Origin: Halogeometricum borinquense DSM 11551
GTDB lineage: Archaea > Halobacteriota > Halobacteria > Halobacteriales > Haloferacaceae
Assembly (NCBI RefSeq): GCF_000172995.2
Contig: NC_014729.1
Span: forward strand, 1,200,001 to 1,232,000
Direction: 5' to 3'
Length of the DNA: 32,000 nucleotides
The notes beneath the pieces were generated by a model. The model worked only from the letters and a program-made list of their open reading frames with translations, ran no database searches and was not told the DNA's origin. The translations under genes and the position numbers were made by a program. This document shows, piece after piece, positions 1-7,586 of the stretch. Every line of letters begins with the position of its first letter. Positions within the stretch are counted from its first letter, which is position 1.

Positions 1-2438
1 TGCCATGGGATTCGGGACGGGAGAATTTCGTCAACGGATTCTGAAACGGGGTGTACGTCCGTAGCATCGTCGTCTTCGCTGCCGCCCTGGAGGACGAGGA
101 CATCTTCGGCGCGCGTGATGCCGACGTGGAACACGCGACGGGTTTCACGGGCGTCACGCTCGACGAAGTCCTCGGCAAACGCCGCCTCTGCGCCGTCTGA
201 AAGGCTGGTTTCGAGCGCGTCGTAGGTGCGTGAACTCGGTGCCCACTCGCCCGCTGTGACTTGCGGGATGAGGACGACTGGGAAGTCAAGGCCCTTGCTC
301 TTGTGGATAGTCATCACGTTGACCGCGTCGTCGGCGACATCCGGCTGACTCGTCGGGGACGAGCCGCTCTCGTCGAACAGAGAGTCGTAGTGTTCGAGCG
401 AGTCGATGAACTCCGGGGTGAGCGGTGGTTGAACAGCGCTGTCTCCGTACTGTTCGATGACATCCTCCAGCTGGGCGAGATCCCGACGTTCCTGCTCGCT
501 GAGATACCACTCGATATTCGTGACGTCTGTGAGCTCGCGGTACAGATGACTGAGCGACGCTGAATCTCGGATAGCGAGGAGTTCCGTGACGTGTTTACGG
601 GCCTCCGCGACGCGGTCTGGCTCCTCGAACTCGTCGAGTGGCGTCTCGCGGAGCGTGTCCACGAGCGGGTCATCGCCCGCGTTGAGCTTGCGGAGGTCTG
701 TATCGCAGAGCCGGTACCGCATCAGGAGGACGCGATTCCAGCTCACCTCGTCTTCGGGGCGTGCGAGTGCCTTTAGGTAGGCGGTCACGGTGCCGACACC
801 AACGGATTCCGTGGCCAGATCCCCTGCAACCTGGTACGGGATGCCAGCGTCTTCGAATTCCTCGATGACTGGTGTCGCGTGGTCGTTTTTCCGGACGAGT
901 AACGCGATGTCGCCCGGGTCGTACGCCTCATCGAAACTCTCTGCTGCCCCGCTCAGCAAGTTCTGCACGACGGTACGAAGCTGAGAAGCACCGTCCGCAT
1001 CGTCCTCATCCGACAGCTCGACGGTAGCGATGGTGTCCCCATCGTACTCGGGTTCGTCGACGCGCTTCAGTGTCTTGTGACGTTCCCGGTGATCGAGTTT
1101 CTGAATCGCCTCGTTCGCCAAGTCCAGGATCGGCTGCCGAGAGCGGAAATTCTCCTCTAAGGGTTCGTCGGAGAGTGCCGCGAATGCGCGGTCGAGTTCA
1201 TCAGTGATGTTGGCGACGTGCGCGCCGCGCCACTCGTAGATCGCCTGATCGTCGTCACCCACGACGAACAGGTTGTCGTCAGTGACGAGTGACTTGACGA
1301 GGTCGAACTGCAGGCGGTCGGTGTCCTGAAACTCGTCACAGAACACGTAGTCCCACCGAGCAGCGATTTCCTCCCCGACCGGCGACTCCATCAGCTCGGC
1401 CGCCTCTACAACTAGACCGTCGAAGTCGATGAGATTCCGCTCATCGAGTTCCCGCTCGTACGCGGCGTATCCGGCCGTCAGGTCACGGGCCGTCAGACAG
1501 TCCGAGAGGAACGAGTCGAGATGATCCGTGAGCTCAAGATCAAGGTCACCAGGGATTCCTTTCGGCGCACCGTTCGCGTACCCACCGAGTAGATACTTCG
1601 GGAGCTTGTACGCGTTGTCCGGCAGGTCCCGGTCGCCCGCCTCGTGGGCTTCAAACGCCGCTTCTAGCGCATCGCAAAGATCCACCAAGCGGTCGAGGAA
1701 ATCGCGTACACTGGCCTCCATTCCGTCCATCCCCAACACATCACGTTCTTCAACGAGGTCAGCACGGACGTCTGGGAGCGAGTCCAGCACGCTCGACACG
1801 GACCGGCCGCCCAGATGGTCACTGGCAATCGCCTCGACGCGCTCCGAGAGGTCGGCGAGTTCGTAGACACGGTCAGCAGGACCGAGGAACGCGTCGATAT
1901 CGTCGGGCGTGATGCCGCTGCGTTTCATCGATCCGATGAAGTTGAGCAACTTCGATGCGGCCCCTGACGCGTACCCATCAGAGCCGTACACGTTGGGTTT
2001 CACAGACCGGTACTCGATGTCGTCCAGGACATCCAACACGATGGCGTACTTTTCGGCGTCCGTAGCGACCTCGAAGTCTGGGTCGATCCCGGCTTCGTAC
2101 GCGTAATCGGTGAGGATCTCGTTACAGATCGAGTGGTACGTGTACGCGTCGATGTCGTACCCTGCCGTACCGAGTTTCGCGTTGAGCTTCTCCCGCATCG
2201 AGCCTGCAGCGTTGTTCGTGAACGTCAACGTGAGAATCCGATCCGGGGATACGTCCTCCTCGTCGATGAGGTGCTCCACCTTCCGTACCATCGTGAACGT
2301 CTTTCCCGTCCCAGCCCCGGCGAGCACCCGCATTGGGTATGCGTCCGAGTCGATGATCGTTTCTTGCTGGGGCTCCGGTGACACATCTTCCTCCGGAACC
2401 GGGTACCACAACGGGTACTCGTCACTGTCACCGCTCAT
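1..2438 (-). CDS. UvrD/PcrA-family SF1 DNA helicase; its 3' end runs off the window (812 codons visible)
   Basis: It is absent from the ORF track because it has no stop inside the window. My own minus-strand translation from ATG 2438..2436, spot-checked codon by codon at several segments, found no stop down to position 1. No listed minus-strand ORF in 1..2438 uses this frame. SF1 motifs appear in order: AGAGTGKT (Walker A), FCDEFQDT (II), VGDDDQAIYEWRGA (III), ENFRSRQPIL (IV), VMTIHKSKGLDFPVV (V), VGITRAEDVL (VI). Its start overlaps the stop of the upstream gene as ATGA at 2435..2438. Confidence 0.9.
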   Translation of the reverse strand, partial: MSGDSDEYPLWYPVPEEDVSPEPQQETIIDSDAYPMRVLAGAGTGKTFTMVRKVEHLIDEEDVSPDRILTLTFTNNAAGSMREKLNAKLGTAGYDIDAYTYHSICNEILTDYAYEAGIDPDFEVATDAEKYAIVLDVLDDIEYRSVKPNVYGSDGYASGAASKLLNFIGSMKRSGITPDDIDAFLGPADRVYELADLSERVEAIASDHLGGRSVSSVLDSLPDVRADLVEERDVLGMDGMEASVRDFLDRLVDLCDALEAAFEAHEAGDRDLPDNAYKLPKYLLGGYANGAPKGIPGDLDLELTDHLDSFLSDCLTARDLTAGYAAYERELDERNLIDFDGLVVEAAELMESPVGEEIAARWDYVFCDEFQDTDRLQFDLVKSLVTDDNLFVVGDDDQAIYEWRGAHVANITDELDRAFAALSDEPLEENFRSRQPILDLANEAIQKLDHRERHKTLKRVDEPEYDGDTIATVELSDEDDADGASQLRTVVQNLLSGAAESFDEAYDPGDIALLVRKNDHATPVIEEFEDAGIPYQVAGDLATESVGVGTVTAYLKALARPEDEVSWNRVLLMRYRLCDTDLRKLNAGDDPLVDTLRETPLDEFEEPDRVAEARKHVTELLAIRDSASLSHLYRELTDVTNIEWYLSEQERRDLAQLEDVIEQYGDSAVQPPLTPEFIDSLEHYDSLFDESGSSPTSQPDVADDAVNVMTIHKSKGLDFPVVLIPQVTAGEWAPSSRTYDALETSLSDGAEAAFAEDFVERDARETRRVFHVGITRAEDVLVLQGGSEDDDATDVHPVSESVDEILPSRIPW

Positions 2439-3340
2439 CGGCGCACCTCCGTCGCCAAGCGGTCAGCACACATTTCTCGATAGTCACAGTCCGGGCACGC
2501 TTCCTCGCTGATGAGATCGAACGGTTCTGGTCCGTAGGTCTCGCCCGTGATGCCGTCGTGTGCGGCGCGAATGAGCGCCCAGATCGTGTCATAGTGATCT
2601 TCATAGATTTCAGTGGTTTCCCGCCCCCAGCCGCGTGCAGACACATCGTACCCGGTGGGAGTGCTCTCGAACGACGTGCTATTGAGGAGGCCGTAGAAAC
2701 TGAACCGGATCTCCATTCCGTCCTCGTAGAACGGTTCGTTCTTCACGCCCTCGATGTACGCCGCGGTTTGGAACGCGTTCCGCACACGCTTCGGCTCGTG
2801 CGCCTCCCCGTCGAGGTGGTCGCCAAGGTATTCCGCTGTCCCGTCGGAGAGCATTCCGTGTGTTTTCCGTTTGTAGTCGAAGATGTGGAGGCCGTCGTCC
2901 GTTCGGATGACGTTGTCTGCTTTCCCGTGAAGCCCCCGCCCGTCTACCTCGCACTCTACCCAGCACTCGGTGGCGATTGAGCAGCGGGCGTGGTCGATAC
3001 CGACGCCGCCATCGGGAGCGAAGAACGACTCGATGGCAGCGCGATTCTCAGCACGCTGGTACTCTTGATGCGCAGCAGATTCGTAGTCGTCCGGAGTACT
3101 GTGCTCGTCCCATTTCGCATCGAAGATCCGCATCGCCCGCTCGTGAATCACCTCCGGGTCGTCGCCACGGTTGGTCGCCTTACACACGTCCTCGATAGTC
3201 TCGTGGTAGATCGTCCCTTGGTTGAGGTAGAGTTCGGTGCGGTCTGGCGCGTTCACGTCCTGTACGTACCGATAATCGTACAGCCGTGGGCACGTCGCGT
3301 AGTTCGCCAGCCGCGACGGTGAGAGCGACTCCTGGCTCAT
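2435..3340 (-). CDS. Cas4/AddB-type PD-(D/E)XK nuclease with a 4-Cys (putative Fe-S) cluster
   Basis: 301-aa ORF. It has an N-terminal Cys (ATCPRLYDY) and a C-terminal CPDCDYREMC, giving the C...CxxCx5C arrangement typical of Cas4 and AddB nuclease domains. The nuclease core reads GKADNV ... IFDYKRK (D...D/E-x-K) followed by QTAAYI (QxxxY). ATGA overlaps occur at both ends (3337..3340 and 2435..2438). Confidence 0.8.
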   Translation of the reverse strand: MSQESLSPSRLANYATCPRLYDYRYVQDVNAPDRTELYLNQGTIYHETIEDVCKATNRGDDPEVIHERAMRIFDAKWDEHSTPDDYESAAHQEYQRAENRAAIESFFAPDGGVGIDHARCSIATECWVECEVDGRGLHGKADNVIRTDDGLHIFDYKRKTHGMLSDGTAEYLGDHLDGEAHEPKRVRNAFQTAAYIEGVKNEPFYEDGMEIRFSFYGLLNSTSFESTPTGYDVSARGWGRETTEIYEDHYDTIWALIRAAHDGITGETYGPEPFDLISEEACPDCDYREMCADRLATEVRR

Positions 3341-5397
3341 CGTCGCACCTCCCCGTTAGCGAATTCGACACGCGCGCGCAGCGCCTTCCGTAACTCCTCG
3401 CCACGCGCCCCGCTCTTATCGAGCAGGTCCTGAATCTCGCCGAGTTCCGCTTCTACCTCGTCGAGCGACACCGTCACGTCCTGACTGTTCGCGCGGCGCA
3501 CCGCGGCGAGCGCGTCGTCAACCCGCGACAACAGGAAATCCTCCGCCGCTTGCTCACTCGTGATGCGTGGATCGTCGGATTCAGTGACCCACGGCAGGGT
3601 GTCGTACGCGTCTGTGAGGAACCGCGATGCCTGCGCACGCTCTTCCAGTGCGGTGTCCTCGTACTCGTAGAGACAACAGTACAGGTGCTCGTCAGCAGCG
3701 CCAGCCCCAATCGCCAGGCGTCGCCGGGCGTGCTCCGTGTGATACCGAGCGAACGGCCGACTCGACGCTGTGGACGTCGTCGGGAACGTCGCATCCACGT
3801 CCGGCTCGTCGAGATCCGTGACACCAGGGTAGTCCACCATCGATGCGACCCGCTCGGTCGGGAACAATCGAGTCAGGAACGGGTCACCAGGGTACTCACT
3901 ATCGACGAGATTCACGAGAAACACCGCGCGGAACGACTCGTTCTTGATCGCCTGCAGGTGGTCCACGCGAACCCCGCCGTCAAGGTTCGTCGCACTCGTC
4001 TGGTTTTGTTGCGGTGCGTACTCGTGGGCGCGTTCGAGCATCTCCTCGAAGGACTCCCACCCCGCATCCACAAACTCAGTCTCTTCGAGAAACGCGGCCA
4101 TCCGGAACGCCCGCTTGACATTTCCGAACTGCGCCCGTGCGTTCAGCGGGGTCGCGCGCTCCGCAATCCGCTCTTTTAAGCCTGCGTCTGTCGCCCACCA
4201 GTGAATCCCATCTTCGAGGCTGTCTATCTCCCGGACGCGGTCCAAGCGCTCCGTATCAAGATCCGGGCCGTGTTCAGGCAGCTCGTCCTTGTCGTCGGCA
4301 GCGAGATACCGCACGGCAGCGAGAAGTTCCCGGATCGCAGGATCGTCTCCGAAACCAGTGACTGTTGTCGATTCCGTCGGGATGCCGGTACGCTCGAACG
4401 CCTCAATGACATCCGTAACCGACCTCCCACTTTGTTTCGTGGCGACAGCGATGTCGTCGTAGTTCCAATCCGGCTGCGCGACGAGTTCCTCAATCTCGTT
4501 TGCAATATCGGCGAGTTGTTCGTCACTGGAGTCTGCAGCGAGAACGGACACCGATCCCGTGTCTGGGTCTGCCGGGACCGTTTCTTTGGCAAAATACGTT
4601 GCTGTGGCAGCTGGTCGCGTTGACGGCGTCTCTGACACCCCACGGCGAGCCTCGCTGAACGTGACATAGTCCGTAACGGGCCCCGTTTCGACCCACGTTC
4701 GGCGCACACTCGCATTCTTTTCGGCGATACAGACGAGCTCACAGTCCCCTGCGAGCGCGTCGAGATACGCGCGGTCGAGCGGGAAGAACTCCTCAAACTC
4801 GACTGTGAGCACTGCCTCGAAATCGACGACGTCGTCACGGGCATCCCCGGTGAGGACATCGAGTGCTTCCGAGATGAGTTGGCCGCGTTCCATGTGGCCG
4901 TACTCGGCCAGCCACTCATGGAACGCGTCGAGCGCAGCCGCGATGTCACGGAGTTCCGGGGTTTTCTCAGGCGTGACCGTCTGCCAGGAGATCGTTCCCA
5001 TCACGGCGTCCACGTCCTCGATGAACGACGGCTGTTCAGAGGCCCGTTGAAGGTACTCCGTTTCCCACTCGTAGTCTTCGAGGAATCGGTGAAGGAGTTC
5101 TCGCCGCAGCGCGTCGGAGAGAATGACGCGGTCATCGGTCTGGTTGAGGACGTCGGTCGCGTGCACCACGAGCGACGTCACGTACGGCGTCGCCGCACCC
5201 GACAGTTCCTCACCTAAGGTCTCCCGGAACGTGTCCGTACTCGTCGGCGCACCCGTGACGACGAGCACATCCTCAGAATCGTGCTCGTCGAGGAGCGTTC
5301 GGTATTCCTCCCGCGCTGTCCGTTCGACGTTTTCGCCCCCGAACGGTGCCGTGACTAACGCCCCGTCGAATCGCCGGTGAGATGAGTGATCAGACAT
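3337..5397 (-). CDS. SF1-helicase-like protein with degenerate motifs (AddB-like inactivated helicase subunit, tentative)
   Basis: 686-aa acidic ORF, tightly packed in the operon. There is no GK[ST] P-loop; the N-terminus reads LVTAPFGGENV. Degenerate counterparts of SF1 motifs occur in the right order: TVEFEEFFPLD (where DExQD would be), VRVDHLQAIKNESFRAVFLVNL (resembles motif V), RRRLAIGAGAADEHLY (resembles motif VI). The CDS call is solid. The fold assignment is pattern-level inference only. Confidence 0.6.
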   Translation of the reverse strand: MSDHSSHRRFDGALVTAPFGGENVERTAREEYRTLLDEHDSEDVLVVTGAPTSTDTFRETLGEELSGAATPYVTSLVVHATDVLNQTDDRVILSDALRRELLHRFLEDYEWETEYLQRASEQPSFIEDVDAVMGTISWQTVTPEKTPELRDIAAALDAFHEWLAEYGHMERGQLISEALDVLTGDARDDVVDFEAVLTVEFEEFFPLDRAYLDALAGDCELVCIAEKNASVRRTWVETGPVTDYVTFSEARRGVSETPSTRPAATATYFAKETVPADPDTGSVSVLAADSSDEQLADIANEIEELVAQPDWNYDDIAVATKQSGRSVTDVIEAFERTGIPTESTTVTGFGDDPAIRELLAAVRYLAADDKDELPEHGPDLDTERLDRVREIDSLEDGIHWWATDAGLKERIAERATPLNARAQFGNVKRAFRMAAFLEETEFVDAGWESFEEMLERAHEYAPQQNQTSATNLDGGVRVDHLQAIKNESFRAVFLVNLVDSEYPGDPFLTRLFPTERVASMVDYPGVTDLDEPDVDATFPTTSTASSRPFARYHTEHARRRLAIGAGAADEHLYCCLYEYEDTALEERAQASRFLTDAYDTLPWVTESDDPRITSEQAAEDFLLSRVDDALAAVRRANSQDVTVSLDEVEAELGEIQDLLDKSGARGEELRKALRARVEFANGEVRR

Positions 5398-5402
5398 GGC
5401 TG

Positions 5403-7523
5403 TTATCCTCGGACGAGCCGCGTGACCCGAGACAGAACACCGGTGTTGTCAGCGGCTCTTTCAGTGTCACGTCGTGCATCTTCGATGATACTGGGCTCAT
5501 CTATCCAATTCTTGAACCTGTTTGCGCTTTCAAACTGGACTGCCGGCCCGTAAATACTGGCCCGGATGTGGGCCGGCGTAGCTTTCTGGAACTCCCAGCA
5601 CTGCTGCTGATCCAGATTCGCTGAGAAATCAGCGATAACACGCCCGTCGTCCTTGAAATCGAGTTCACACAGCCCGTCGGACAGCGCGCTGATCCACTTC
5701 CGTCGTCCCGGGTCGTGTTCCTGCTCGGCGGGTTTCTCCAGCGGCACGTACTCCGGCGGTTCCTTCTCGGCGTACGCGTACAGCTCCGCGAACACGTCCC
5801 GAGCATCCGCCAGCCGATCCGACTGGTCTGGCAGCGAGATATCTCGCTGCAAAAACAGGTGGGCGAACCAGGGGAACAGATTACAGCTGTCCGCCTGCCC
5901 CGCGATCTGCGCGGCAGCTTCCCGTTCGTCCTTCTCCAGTTCGGAGAAATTGACGTTGAAATCCAGCGTCTTCATCCGGGTCCGAAGCTCGGATTTCGGT
6001 TTCGTCGAGTCGTTCGAGGAGAAGATGAACGTCGGCATCTGGATGGAGCCGTCCCACTTCCCCTCCCAATACGATTTGATGATGTCCCGGTCGATCTTCG
6101 ACTTCGCCACGTCGTCAACGATGTACGGGAAAACAGTGTCCGACGCACGAGCACGCTCGATGTTGTTTTTGACGAAGTCGTCGCCGGTCGTAACCTCCTG
6201 CACGTACCCGTTCGAGATGAGCCGCGCCCCGAACCGCAGGAACATACCCTTTCCACTGTCGTTGTCGCCGTGAAGAAACAGGAACGGGAGGTCCTTGTCC
6301 AGTTCCGCAGATTCGTATTCGGCGTAATGATGGGCGCAGTAGTTGGCGAACGGAGCCCAGCAGAAGTAGATAACACCCTCGTAGAAGTGTGCCCGTGTTT
6401 CCTTCGTCGTTCGCGTTTCACCGAACTCGCCGACAGTTTCGACGTACTGCTCGATCAAATCTAGCGCATCAGCGACTTCCTGCGGATCGTCCGGGAGAGG
6501 TGCCGTTAATTCGAGGACGGAGTCGTCAACCCGCAGCCCGACCGTGTTCTCGTCCTTGTCGACGTTGAGGTCGGGGTATCCGGTGAAGGTCTCTTTGTAC
6601 CGTGCGATACCGGCCGGTGTCGCTACGATTTCACCGTCGTTGATACGGATGTTATTGGCGGACAGCGTATCATCCAGATTCGAGATGGCGTCTTCGAGAC
6701 CCTGCGGGGAGAGGCGTACACGTTTGTCCGGACTGATCTCTGTTGGGTCAGTATCCGTATCTTCGGCGGCGAATACCGCCTTCTCTGCTTCTTCGGCGTC
6801 TGTGACGACGTTGTACCTGTTGACTTGGTCGTCGTCAACCGCTTCGTCGAGCCGAGCGTTCAGCTCGGCGACCGGGTCGTCACTGAACTCGTCCCCGCCC
6901 AGCCAGATGTCGTAGATCTTCGCCTCTTCTTCTGCTGTTTCGGCGTCCTCAATCTCCTCGGTGAGGTCCTCCATGAACGGCGTCGCGTAGTCCTTGTGAA
7001 ACGCGTAGAGCCGTTCGAACCACTCGTCGACGGGCGTGTCCCCGTCGGTACGCCAGGCCATGTTGACGTTAGTTTGTTTGCTCCCCTGCCAGGCTTGCTT
7101 GGAGAGGTTCGCCGACCCACAAATGAGTGTGCGAGACCCGTCCTGATTCTCGATGATGTAGAGCTTCGTGTGGAGGAGGACGCGCGCGGAATCGACAGTA
7201 TGGATGCGGAGATCACCGTCTCGCCGAAGCGACTCCAGTTGCGCGGCGATTTTCTTCGCGTTGTTCGTGTTCTTCAGCGACCGCCGGTAGTCGTCGTGTT
7301 GGTTGTCTCCGACGATGACTTCCAGCGAGTCCACTGCGAGGTCCCGGTTCTGAAACATCTTGTAGATGAACGCCGGGGACTGACTGTACGTGACGCAGTA
7401 GACGTGCTGGGCGTCACCGAAGTAGTTCACGAAACTGTCCCATGATTTGTCGGCAGCCATCTCCAGGTCAGCGGTGCTGCCGTCATCGAACTCGACTGTT
7501 GCTTCGAATTCTGTCTTGGTCAT
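5403..7523 (-). CDS. Fusion protein: N-terminal HKD (phospholipase D-family) nuclease and C-terminal SF3-helicase-like P-loop NTPase
   Basis: 706-aa ORF. A single HKD motif, LHTKLYIIENQDGSRTLICGSANLS, starts at H118 (codon 7170..7172, checked). The P-loop FLFLHGDNDSGKGMF lies at 6246..6269 (checked). Walker B is FPYIVDDV and the SF3-type motif C is TFIFSSND (6012..6029, checked). An acidic linker separates the two domains. Confidence 0.75.
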   Translation of the reverse strand: MTKTEFEATVEFDDGSTADLEMAADKSWDSFVNYFGDAQHVYCVTYSQSPAFIYKMFQNRDLAVDSLEVIVGDNQHDDYRRSLKNTNNAKKIAAQLESLRRDGDLRIHTVDSARVLLHTKLYIIENQDGSRTLICGSANLSKQAWQGSKQTNVNMAWRTDGDTPVDEWFERLYAFHKDYATPFMEDLTEEIEDAETAEEEAKIYDIWLGGDEFSDDPVAELNARLDEAVDDDQVNRYNVVTDAEEAEKAVFAAEDTDTDPTEISPDKRVRLSPQGLEDAISNLDDTLSANNIRINDGEIVATPAGIARYKETFTGYPDLNVDKDENTVGLRVDDSVLELTAPLPDDPQEVADALDLIEQYVETVGEFGETRTTKETRAHFYEGVIYFCWAPFANYCAHHYAEYESAELDKDLPFLFLHGDNDSGKGMFLRFGARLISNGYVQEVTTGDDFVKNNIERARASDTVFPYIVDDVAKSKIDRDIIKSYWEGKWDGSIQMPTFIFSSNDSTKPKSELRTRMKTLDFNVNFSELEKDEREAAAQIAGQADSCNLFPWFAHLFLQRDISLPDQSDRLADARDVFAELYAYAEKEPPEYVPLEKPAEQEHDPGRRKWISALSDGLCELDFKDDGRVIADFSANLDQQQCWEFQKATPAHIRASIYGPAVQFESANRFKNWIDEPSIIEDARRDTERAADNTGVLSRVTRLVRG

Positions 7524-7586
7524 GCGAGGGTTACCGGTGTGGTGATGAGTGCGTGAGTGGTTGCGTGAGGCTGTACTGGCGCATGG

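Noticed and set aside
7524-7586. Reiterated GTGAG-like words (gatgagtg, cgtgagtg, gcgtgagg) in the 63-nt spacer between the pAgo gene and the PLD-NTPase gene.
   Set aside because: There are only three short imperfect copies. They have no inverted symmetry or stem-loop potential that I could see, so the pattern is too small to distinguish from chance.
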